Shown in pieces: positions 47,426 to 56,060 of a DNA stretch of 64,000 nt. Each line of letters opens with the position of its first letter. The stretch's first letter is position 1. Origin of the DNA: Gemmatimonas sp. (GTDB lineage: Bacteria; Gemmatimonadota; Gemmatimonadetes; Gemmatimonadales; Gemmatimonadaceae); contig OZ257156.1 in assembly GCA_965279375.1 (NCBI GenBank), forward strand, positions 5,216,001 through 5,280,000. The letters are read 5' to 3'. The notes beneath the pieces were generated by a model. That model searched no databases. It was not told the DNA's origin and saw only the letters and a list, made by a program, of their open reading frames with translations. The position numbers were made by a program, and so were the translations under genes.

Positions 47426-49558
47426 TCAGACCGTGGCGTTCGAAGTGCGCGGCCGCGTGGCATCGCGCACTTCGTTCGCCGCAGCGACTGCGATGTCGAC
47501 TTCACGCGCGAGCGCCATCGCCTGTTCGGCCACGAGCGTCACGCTCTGGACGGAGCTGTTGCCCGTGCGCAGCCGCACGAGATCGAGCCGCACGTTCTCG
47601 AGTGCGATGCGGCAGCTTTCCAGCTGACCACGGCGCGCGTCGCGACGTTTCATGCTCTCGGCGATGCCACGACGATCCCGACGCAGCTGCGCGAGACGAC
47701 GGACGCGGGCTTCGGAGCGCTGACTGTCGAGCGGATTCGCTTCGGCTTCGAGCGAGGCGATTTCGCGATCGACTGTCGCGGCGAGTCGATCGTCCTGCGA
47801 CCGATCCGAGCGCGCGAGATCGAGGGCGATGCTCTCAACCTTGTTCACGAGATCCACGGCCATACCCGCCACATCGGGCATGTTCTTCTTTTCCGCGGCA
47901 GGAATCGTGGCGATCAGCCGGGCGATCTCTTCGCGATCAGCGCGGGCCCCGCGCACCACGCCGACGAACTCGCCCAACTCCTCATCGCGAGCGGGGGCGG
48001 CGGGCAACGCACGGCCGCCGGCACTGCTGGACGGAGCCGCTGTGTTCGAGCCCGGCGCCATCGGCGAAAGCACGCCCGTGAGCCGATTGCGCAGGCGCCC
48101 CTGGGCACGCAGCTCTTCGCGCTTTTGCCGAGAGAACGTGGCGTGCACGCCATCCGCAAGATCCGAGAGGACCTCGCCGAACATGCGGTGACGCGGCTGG
48201 CGCAGGACGTCCTTCCAGTCATAGCCGTCGGACCAGAGCTTCGCGTACTTCCACGCGAGGTAGATGGTCCAAAGCGTGCTGATGCTGAAGCCGATCCCGT
48301 CCTTGATGTTGAAGACGTTGATGATCAACAGCGCGCCGTTCACGAACAGGTACGGCGCGAGCTTGCGACGGAACGCGATGACCGGTGGCGCTTCCCAGCG
48401 TGCCAGATCGGCTGCGGTCGGCGCGTGTTCGCCCGTGGGCGTCGCGCCGTAGCCGTAGCTGGCGCTGGAGGGCTGCTGCGTGTTGGACTGGTACGCGGGC
48501 GGTGCGTAGCCGCCGGCGTTGGCTGCACTACCTCCGGCGGGCATACCGGCCAGCGGCATGCTTTGCATCGGGGCCGCGCCGAGCGGCATCCCGCTCATCG
48601 ACATGCCACCAACCGGGGCGCCGTTGAACGTGATAGGCGCGCCCGTCCCGCTGGTGGATGCGCGTGCGGGCGCTGGAGGCACAATGCCACTCTTCAGTGC
48701 CTGCACCACCTCGGTCGCGCTCTGGAATCGGTTTTCGGGCGACTTCTCGAGCAGACGCATGACGATCGTCGCGAGATCGGCCGGCACATCCGGGCGACGA
48801 TGCGACACCGGCACCGGCATCTCGGCGAGATGCTTGACCAGCAGCGCTGGCGTGGTGTTGCCGATGAACGGCGGCTCGCCAACCAGCATCTGGTACGCGA
48901 CGACGCCGAGCGAATAGAGGTCGCTTCGCCCGTCGAGATCGCGGTCGCCCGACGCCTGCTCGGGCGACATGTACGCCGGCGTCCCGATGGCCATGCCCGT
49001 CGCCGTCAGTCGCGACGTTTCGCCCGAGTCCATCATGGCGCGCGCGATGCCGAAGTCGGTGACGAGCGCGCGACCGTCGATGCCGTCGAGCAGGATGTTG
49101 TCGGGCTTGATATCGCGATGGATCACGCCACGCGCATGGGCGTATGCCAAAGCATCAGCGACTTCGGTGACCCAGCGACGAACGTTCTCGATGGGCAGCG
49201 GACCACGCTTCTGCAGCATCTTCGCGAGGTTGTCGCCGTCGATGCATGCCATCACGAAGAAAACGAGATTTCCGACTTCGTCGACCGAGTAGATCGGGAC
49301 GATGTTGGGGTGCCCGAGCTGCGCGGCGGTTTCGGCTTCGCGCAGGAAGCGCGAGCGAATGTCACGACGGAACGAGAGCTCCGGCGGGAGCAGCTTGATC
49401 GCGACGACGCGCTTCAGGCGCTTGTCGCGGGCCCGGTAGACGATACCCATGCCACCGCGTCCAATCTCCTGATCGACCTCGTATGAGGCGCTGAGCGCGC
49501 TTTCAACGTGCGCACGGAGTTCGGCGTCCGGATCGGACGGGGCTACAGAATCGGGCAC
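47426..49558 (-). CDS. Membrane Ser/Thr protein kinase (one TM hairpin, C-terminal coiled coil)
   Basis: GRGGMG, VAIK, HRDIKPDN, DFGIA, GTPAYMSPEQ, SDLYSLG. Confidence 0.95.
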   Translation of the reverse strand: MPDSVAPSDPDAELRAHVESALSASYEVDQEIGRGGMGIVYRARDKRLKRVVAIKLLPPELSFRRDIRSRFLREAETAAQLGHPNIVPIYSVDEVGNLVFFVMACIDGDNLAKMLQKRGPLPIENVRRWVTEVADALAYAHARGVIHRDIKPDNILLDGIDGRALVTDFGIARAMMDSGETSRLTATGMAIGTPAYMSPEQASGDRDLDGRSDLYSLGVVAYQMLVGEPPFIGNTTPALLVKHLAEMPVPVSHRRPDVPADLATIVMRLLEKSPENRFQSATEVVQALKSGIVPPAPARASTSGTGAPITFNGAPVGGMSMSGMPLGAAPMQSMPLAGMPAGGSAANAGGYAPPAYQSNTQQPSSASYGYGATPTGEHAPTAADLARWEAPPVIAFRRKLAPYLFVNGALLIINVFNIKDGIGFSISTLWTIYLAWKYAKLWSDGYDWKDVLRQPRHRMFGEVLSDLADGVHATFSRQKREELRAQGRLRNRLTGVLSPMAPGSNTAAPSSSAGGRALPAAPARDEELGEFVGVVRGARADREEIARLIATIPAAEKKNMPDVAGMAVDLVNKVESIALDLARSDRSQDDRLAATVDREIASLEAEANPLDSQRSEARVRRLAQLRRDRRGIAESMKRRDARRGQLESCRIALENVRLDLVRLRTGNSSVQSVTLVAEQAMALAREVDIAVAAANEVRDATRPRTSNATV

Positions 49559-49741
49559 TCGCTGGGGAATCGGGGGTGATGGACCGGTGGTCGTAGTGTA
49601 GCACCGGGGTCGACTGGACGACAGCGCGACGGCCGCAGGACGCCTCGGACCGGTTTCGGCCGTCGCGGCAGCAGGCTGGCAGCCCCTACGTCAGCGGGTC
49701 AGGGAAAAGTTGCAAAACCTGCCGGGATGGCGGAACCGGGA

Positions 49742-49757
49742 TGGTGCGAATCGTGCC
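49742..49757 (+). promoter_or_regulatory. Possible sigma-54 promoter of lon
   Basis: TGGTGCGAATCGTGCC = GG-N10-GC, about 45 bp upstream of ATG 49801. Confidence 0.4.
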
Positions 49758-49800
49758 TATTACCGGGCGATCTCCTCAATCCTCCATCAGGATCGAATCA

Positions 49801-52362
49801 ATGGGCCAGCGCCAAACGCTTCCCGTCCTGCCATTGCGCGGGACCGTCATGTTCCCCGGTATCACAGCTCCGATCGCGGCCGGTCGTCCCGGCACGCTGC
49901 GGGCGATCGAGACAGCGCTCAAGGGCGACCGTCTCGTCTTTGCCGTCGCCCAGCGCGACAACAGCGAAGAGCCGACTTCCGACATCCTTTACACGACTGG
50001 CGTGATTGCCCGCATCGGGCAGATCCAGCGCGGTCTGGGCGGCGTGCAGCTGCTGCTGCAGGGCGAACAGCGAGCGACGGCGTTGCAGTACTCCGAGCAG
50101 GACGGGCACATGGTGGCCGTCATTGTCCCGGCAGAAGAAATGATGCCGCTCGACCTCAAGAACGCGGCGTTCGAAGCGCTGCATAAAGAGGCACGCGAGC
50201 GGGCAGCCGAATTGGGCGAGAAGCGCGGACTCCCCGAGGAAGTCGTGCATCAGGTGCTCGATTCCGTTGACGACGCCGGCAAGTTCTCCGATCTCGTCGC
50301 GGGCTATATCGAGCTGACCGTACCCGAGAAGCAGAGCCTGCTGGAAACGATGTCCGTGGAAGAGCGCCTGCGTCGGGTGCTGGTGCACGTGCAGCGCCAG
50401 ATCGGTCTCCTCGAAGCGCAGGAAGACATCAAGTCGCAGGTGCAGGAAGAGCTGGGCGACCGCCAGCGCGAGATGTTCCTGCGCGAGCAGCTCAAGGCGA
50501 TCCAGAAGGAGCTGGGTGACGACGATCAAGGCAAGGAAATCGCCGAGCTGCGCGAGAAGATCGCCAAGCTCGACCTGCCCAAGGAGGCGCGCGCCGAAGC
50601 CGAGCGTGAGCTGAGCCGCCTTGAGCGTGCCGGTCGCGAGAGCATGGAAGCGCAGGTGATCCGCACGTACCTCGAGTGGGTGGCCGAGCTGCCGTGGAGC
50701 AAGCGGTCGGACGATCACCTCGAACTGGTGCGCGCTGCTGAAATCCTTGAGGAAGACCACTACGGCCTTAAGGACGTAAAGGATCGCGTGCTCGAATTCC
50801 TGGCGGTGCGGCAGCTCCGCGCGCAGCAGGTGGCCGCAGAAGTCGCCACGACCGGTGAATTCTCCGTCTCCAAGCTGCGCACCGACGACGATGACACGCC
50901 CGTCTCGTCCAGCAACACGTCGTCGGACAAGACCATCACGGACGCCACGGAAGCGAAGGCGCGCGTGATGGCACGCGGCCCGATCCTGCTCTTCAACGGT
51001 CCGCCAGGCGTCGGCAAGACGTCCATCGCGAAATCGATCGCGCGTGCGCTCGGCCGCGAGTACGTGCGCGTGGCACTGGGTGGCGCACGTGACGAAGCGG
51101 ACATTCGCGGACATCGCCGCACGTATGTGGGCGCGCTGCCGGGTCGCATCATTCAGGGGATGAAGACGGCGGGCACCAAGAACCCGGTGTTCCTGCTCGA
51201 CGAAGTGGACAAGCTGGGCTCGTCATATCAGGGCGATCCATCGAGCGCGTTGCTCGAAGTGCTCGATCCGGCGCAGAACGATTCGTTCACCGATCACTAC
51301 CTCGGCGTGCCGTTCGATCTGAGCGAGGTGTTGTTCATCGCCACCTCGAACTTCATCCAGAACATTCCCGGGCCGCTGCTGGACCGCATGGAAGTGGTGG
51401 ATTTCAGCGGCTACACCGAGAGCGAAAAGGCTGCGATCGCCAAGACGTACCTCATTCCTCGCCAGTTGGAGGAGTCGGGGCTGGCGGGACGTGACCTCAG
51501 CTTCACTGACGAAGCGGTGATGAGCATCATCAGCAAGTACACGCGCGAGAGCGGTGTGCGTCAGCTCGAGCGTCAGCTCGGCGCAGTGGCACGCAAGGTC
51601 GCGCGACGTGTAGCCACGGGCGACAACTCCACGATCGACGACAAGGTGATCAGCGCGGAAGAAGTGCGCGAACTGCTGGGTCGTCCGAAGGTGCATCCGG
51701 AGCGCGCCGCCGAGCATGACGAGGTGGGTATCTCCACCGGCATGTATTACACGCCGATGGGTGGTGACATCATGTTCGTCGAAGCCTCCATCCGCCGTGG
51801 CGTGTCCAAGCCGCGACTGGATGCGGACGAGGAGATGGTACGCGTCGGACCGATCTCGCTCATTCTGACGGGCCAACTCGGCGACGTGATGAAGGAAAGC
51901 GCGCGCGCGGCGCTGACGTACGCGACCAACAACGCGGAGCGCCTCGGCATTCCGGCGTCACGGGTGGGTACGGCGAGCGAAGCGCACATCCACGTGCCGG
52001 CGGGCGCCATCCCCAAGGATGGCCCGAGCGCGGGCATCGCGATTGCTACTGCGTTGGTCAGCGAGATGTCCAACCGCAAAGTGCGGCGCGACGTGTCGAT
52101 GACCGGGGAGATCACGCTGCGCGGACGCGTGCTGCCGATCGGCGGATTGAAGGAGAAGGTGCTGGGTGCGCATCGCGCGGGCATCAAGCACGTCATTCTG
52201 CCGAAGGCCAACGAAGGCGATCTCGAGGATGTGCCGGAAGAGGTGCGCAGCCAGCTCACCTTCTATCCGGTGGAGACGCTGATGGACGTGCTGTCGATCG
52301 CACTGGTGGACGGCGGACGCGCGCCCGCCGAAGCAGCGATCGAGGAGTTGGTCGGCGTGTAA
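49801..52362 (+). CDS. lon: ATP-dependent protease La (LonA)
   Basis: LPVLPLR, DHYGL, GPPGVGKTS, RGHRRTYVGA, LLDEVDK, PKDGPSAG, IGGLKEK. Confidence 0.97.
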   Translation: MGQRQTLPVLPLRGTVMFPGITAPIAAGRPGTLRAIETALKGDRLVFAVAQRDNSEEPTSDILYTTGVIARIGQIQRGLGGVQLLLQGEQRATALQYSEQDGHMVAVIVPAEEMMPLDLKNAAFEALHKEARERAAELGEKRGLPEEVVHQVLDSVDDAGKFSDLVAGYIELTVPEKQSLLETMSVEERLRRVLVHVQRQIGLLEAQEDIKSQVQEELGDRQREMFLREQLKAIQKELGDDDQGKEIAELREKIAKLDLPKEARAEAERELSRLERAGRESMEAQVIRTYLEWVAELPWSKRSDDHLELVRAAEILEEDHYGLKDVKDRVLEFLAVRQLRAQQVAAEVATTGEFSVSKLRTDDDDTPVSSSNTSSDKTITDATEAKARVMARGPILLFNGPPGVGKTSIAKSIARALGREYVRVALGGARDEADIRGHRRTYVGALPGRIIQGMKTAGTKNPVFLLDEVDKLGSSYQGDPSSALLEVLDPAQNDSFTDHYLGVPFDLSEVLFIATSNFIQNIPGPLLDRMEVVDFSGYTESEKAAIAKTYLIPRQLEESGLAGRDLSFTDEAVMSIISKYTRESGVRQLERQLGAVARKVARRVATGDNSTIDDKVISAEEVRELLGRPKVHPERAAEHDEVGISTGMYYTPMGGDIMFVEASIRRGVSKPRLDADEEMVRVGPISLILTGQLGDVMKESARAALTYATNNAERLGIPASRVGTASEAHIHVPAGAIPKDGPSAGIAIATALVSEMSNRKVRRDVSMTGEITLRGRVLPIGGLKEKVLGAHRAGIKHVILPKANEGDLEDVPEEVRSQLTFYPVETLMDVLSIALVDGGRAPAEAAIEELVGV

Positions 52363-52371
52363 CGCTGACCG

Positions 52372-53244
52372 CTACACGCGCTGCGTCAGGCGTGCGAAGT
52401 AGACGTCTTCGAGGTCGGGCGTGATGACCTCGAAGCCATCCCCGGGATCCACCGTGCTGTAGCGATGCACCACGGTGGCTCCTGCGGAGAGGCGCGTGCT
52501 GATCACATCCGCACGTGCGCGCCACGAGTCCGCGTCGGCACGCGGCACCGTGCGCCGCCAGATGCGTCCCTGCATCTGCTGCAGTAGTTCGTTAGGTGCT
52601 CCCTGCACCACAACGCGCCCGCCGGCAATGATCGCCATGCGCGGACAGAGCTCCCGCACATCTTCCACGATGTGCGTCGAGAGCATCACCACCACATCGT
52701 CACCCACCGCCGCGAGCAGATCGAGAAATCGGTTGCGCTCAGCGGGATCGAGGCCGGCGGTGGGTTCGTCCACGATGAGCAGTCGTGGCTGCGCGATGAG
52801 CGCGATCGCAATGCCGAGTCGTTGGCGCATGCCACCGGACCACCCGCCCACGGCATCTCGCCGCACCTCGAAGAGATTCACTTGCTGGAGCATGGCGTCC
52901 ACGCGCTCGCGACGCTCGGCGTGCTGCGTGATGCCTTTGAGCGTGGCAAAGTGGTCGAGCGTGGCATCGGCCGACATCGTTGGGTACAAACCGAAGTCCT
53001 GCGGCAAGTAGCCGAGTACAGCGCGTAGTGCATCGGGCTGCTTCACCGCGTCGATTTCGCCGAAGCGAATGCTGCCGCTATCGGGCGACTGCAGGGTGGC
53101 GATGGTACGCATCAGCGTAGACTTCCCCGCACCATTGGGTCCGAGGAGGCCGAACACGCCAGTCGGCACCGTGAGCGAGATGCTGTCCAGCGCGCGTACG
53201 CCGTTGGGATAGGTTTTGCTGAGCGACTCGATCGACAGGGTCAT
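52372..53244 (-). CDS. ABC transporter ATP-binding protein
   Basis: GPNGAGKST, YLPQ, WSGGMRQR, IVDEPTAGLDP, STH. Confidence 0.93.
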   Translation of the reverse strand: MTLSIESLSKTYPNGVRALDSISLTVPTGVFGLLGPNGAGKSTLMRTIATLQSPDSGSIRFGEIDAVKQPDALRAVLGYLPQDFGLYPTMSADATLDHFATLKGITQHAERRERVDAMLQQVNLFEVRRDAVGGWSGGMRQRLGIAIALIAQPRLLIVDEPTAGLDPAERNRFLDLLAAVGDDVVVMLSTHIVEDVRELCPRMAIIAGGRVVVQGAPNELLQQMQGRIWRRTVPRADADSWRARADVISTRLSAGATVVHRYSTVDPGDGFEVITPDLEDVYFARLTQRV

Positions 53245-53314
53245 GCCCCAAGTTGGCAGCTTTGCGCGCATTGTGCAGGGCTGATCGACGCCGATGCCGC
53301 TGCGGCGCCCGGCG

Positions 53315-54235
53315 TCAGCGCCCTCGGTTTGCGAGTGCTTCCCGATAGACGTGGGAGATATCGGGTTCGACCGAACGGAACTGCCCGGTGGGTGCGGCCT
53401 CCGCGCACACCTCGACCTGGACGGCGTGCGCGAGCGACGCCTGCGACAGCAGCAAGTGCTGTGATGCGATCGTGGAGACCTCTTCGGGTTCGACGGCCCC
53501 ACGCCACACGCGTCCGCGCAGCTCGTCGACCAGGCGATCGACCACTCCCTCTCTCAGGAGACGTCCGCGATCGAGAATGACGAGCTGCATCGACAGATCG
53601 CGTAGCTGCTCCACGTCATTTGCACTGATGACGACGATGCGCGACTGCGCAATATCGCGCAGCAGCGCCAATCGCTCGCGTACTTCTGCCGGCACGACGC
53701 CGGTCAGCGGCTCGTCCAGCACCAGCGCACGCGGCGAATCCGCGAGGCTGTGCGCCACCTGCAGTCGCCATCGCATCGCCGCGGAGACTGTATCCACACG
53801 CAGGTCACGTGCGTCCCACAGGCCAACCTGACGCAGCTGTGTCTCGACGTGTGGGTCGATGGACGCACCTTTGCTCCACGGCACAGAACGGCCCCGACGG
53901 TCGGCCGCTTCAGCAATCGTCATATCGGACGGCAGCGCACGCGCGAGCGGTACGGCGCGCACCAGCTGGCGCAGTCGTGTCGCGTGCGACGCCGCGTCGA
54001 AGTCGCCGAGGTGCACCGTCCCTCGATCCGGGCGGTCCTCGAGAGACAGGATGCGCAAGAGTGTGGACTTTCCGGCGGCCGCTGGGCCGACGACAACGCA
54101 CAATCCTCCGTCGACAGAGAAGCTCACGTCGTCCAGCGCGCGCGTGCCGCCGGGATAAATCCTCGATACACTGCGAACCTGCAGCGCATGTCGCCGCCGC
54201 GCACGCAGAACGTTCAGGTATTGAGTGGGTTGCAC
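53315..54235 (-). CDS. Degenerate ABC ATP-binding protein
   Basis: GPAAAGKST and VLDEP are retained; the signature (VSAAM), Q-loop and H-loop are altered. GTG overlaps the upstream stop. Confidence 0.8.
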   Translation of the reverse strand: MQPTQYLNVLRARRRHALQVRSVSRIYPGGTRALDDVSFSVDGGLCVVVGPAAAGKSTLLRILSLEDRPDRGTVHLGDFDAASHATRLRQLVRAVPLARALPSDMTIAEAADRRGRSVPWSKGASIDPHVETQLRQVGLWDARDLRVDTVSAAMRWRLQVAHSLADSPRALVLDEPLTGVVPAEVRERLALLRDIAQSRIVVISANDVEQLRDLSMQLVILDRGRLLREGVVDRLVDELRGRVWRGAVEPEEVSTIASQHLLLSQASLAHAVQVEVCAEAAPTGQFRSVEPDISHVYREALANRGR

Positions 54236-54861
54236 TACAAGCGCGCTCCGACTCCGCGAGGCGGCGTCGCCGGTTTGGTGCGTTCCGACGGACGCGGCGA
54301 GGTGGAGGATTTCCGGAGTTCGCGGATGATTTCCTGCGTGATATCCACGCGATCATCCGCGTCGGCGATCAGGTCATCGCTCGCACGATCGAGCACGAGG
54401 TCGAACTGTAGTCGCAGTCGTACGGTGCGGACGGCCGCTCGAAGTTGCGTCATGAGCGGTCCTCGCAACTCGTGCAGTCGTTGCTGCATGACGCCGTCAA
54501 GATTCTCGATCATCTGCTCCACGAGGAGCTCACGCGCACGCAGTTGCAGCTTGCCCGCCTCGCGTTCCCGAGGCGTCAACCGCTGCTCTGCCTGCACCAG
54601 CTCGTCGAGGGCGAGGCGCAGCGAATCCGACGCAGCGCTGACAAGCACCCGCGCCTTGCTCTGCTCCAGCGCGAACTCCGACTCGGCGGCATTGCGTTGT
54701 GGCACTGAGTCGAGCACGACGCGCGAGTCGAAGACAGCGATGCGGGTGGAAGAAATCGCGGAGGACGATGCGCGCTGCGCGACGGCAGATGCTGGCGTGA
54801 GCGCGCCGAACGTGAATACGGCGGCGCCCACGTTGGTGAGCCAGCGAAGATTGCTGTTCAT
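54235..54861 (-). CDS. OmpH/Skp family periplasmic chaperone
   Basis: Signal peptide; RIAVFDSRVVL, long coiled coil, FDLVLD, DITQEII. Confidence 0.85.
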   Translation of the reverse strand: MNSNLRWLTNVGAAVFTFGALTPASAVAQRASSSAISSTRIAVFDSRVVLDSVPQRNAAESEFALEQSKARVLVSAASDSLRLALDELVQAEQRLTPREREAGKLQLRARELLVEQMIENLDGVMQQRLHELRGPLMTQLRAAVRTVRLRLQFDLVLDRASDDLIADADDRVDITQEIIRELRKSSTSPRPSERTKPATPPRGVGARL

Positions 54862-54868
54862 GGCCAGG

Positions 54869-55852
54869 TCACGGCGACGACGGAGGTATGCTGACCGGTG
54901 CCCGATCTCCCGCGCGATCGGTACGACGTGGTACCGACAGGGCGCGCGCGCCGGGTGACACCGCCGGGAGCGCGCCGCTCGCACTGCCCGAAGCGGGCGA
55001 GGGGCCGTTCGCCTCGACTCGCGGAACTTCCGGTGTCATCAGCATTGGTGTCTTGCCGTCGGTGACGATCACCTTGGCGTTCGGACTGCGCGCGAGTTCA
55101 CGAAACGCTTCGATGGATTGATAGGAGATGATTGCGGGCGACAGCCCCTGCGCGATGATGGCCCACGAGTCTCGAATGCCGGTCGCCTCGATGGTGCGAC
55201 GCTCCGCTTCCTGGCGCTCGCGATCAAGCACGAAGCGCATCTGCTCCGATCGCTGCTCGGCTTCGAGCTTCTCCTCGATGCTCCGCGCCAAGTCCTGTGG
55301 CAAACGGATGCTCTTGAGCAGCACGTTTTCGACGTCGAAGCCGCGCGGCTCGAGCACCGACATCATCTGCGTGCGAATGGCCGCTTCAATGCCGGCACGT
55401 GTGCCGGAGTGGAGGTCTTTCGCCATGTAGCGGGCGGACACGTCCGCTGCTGCCGATCGAAAGACGGGAATGATGACGTCCTCCTCGTAGCGCAGGCCGC
55501 TCTTCTCGAGGATCTTCGCCACCTGCTCCGGACGAGCGCGATAGAGGATCGAGACTTCGGCGGAGACGTTGAGCCCTTCGCGCGTGGGCATCTCCAGACG
55601 CACCTCACGGTTCACGACGCGTGACGGCACGCGCAGCACCGAATTGACGCCGGGAATGACCAACTGCGCGCCGGGTTGCAGCGGGCCGCTGGCTATGCGG
55701 CCGAATCGCGTCTTTACGCCGATCTCGTCCTGCCGGATCGTGGCGCACGCGGCCAGCGGGAGCAGCAGGAGAACGGGGAGGTGCGACGGACGGACACCGA
55801 GGGGACGGCGACGACTGGCGGTCGGCCGAAGAGAATGCTCGCTGGTAGACAT
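54869..55852 (-). CDS. SPFH / prohibitin family lipoprotein
   Basis: Lipobox PLAAC; EIGVKTRFG, TREGLNV, SIEEKLEAEQ, EAERRTIEATGI. Confidence 0.9.
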   Translation of the reverse strand: MSTSEHSLRPTASRRRPLGVRPSHLPVLLLLPLAACATIRQDEIGVKTRFGRIASGPLQPGAQLVIPGVNSVLRVPSRVVNREVRLEMPTREGLNVSAEVSILYRARPEQVAKILEKSGLRYEEDVIIPVFRSAAADVSARYMAKDLHSGTRAGIEAAIRTQMMSVLEPRGFDVENVLLKSIRLPQDLARSIEEKLEAEQRSEQMRFVLDRERQEAERRTIEATGIRDSWAIIAQGLSPAIISYQSIEAFRELARSPNAKVIVTDGKTPMLMTPEVPRVEANGPSPASGSASGALPAVSPGARALSVPRRTDRAGDRAPVSIPPSSP

Positions 55853-55881
55853 GGCGCGCTCGCATCGAGGCGTGGTGCGAA

Positions 55882-55939
55882 GCGCGAGACTCTTCGCGGT
55901 CCCATCATGCGGCGCATGATGGGTGCGAAGGTCTCGCGC
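55882..55939. repeat. 58-nt intergenic hairpin
   Basis: gcgcgagac/gtctcgcgc, cttcgc/gcgaag and cccatcatgc/gcatgatggg stems (25 bp total) around a 3-nt loop. Confidence 0.75.
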
Positions 55940-56060
55940 AGTCTGCGTCCGATGCTTGGATGCAGAGCCCGGCCGATCCGTGCGTTCTCGCGGACGCAGT
56001 CTTGACGAATTGGCCGCACGGGACGCCTGCCCGCGGTGCTACTCCCCTTCTGCCTGCAAG

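Noticed and set aside
28481..49486. Long antisense ORFs such as 28481-30175, 31420-33756, 40421-42196 and 47255-49486
   Set aside because: They are shadows of well-supported genes in high-GC DNA, with no motifs or RBS and composition typical of antisense frames.
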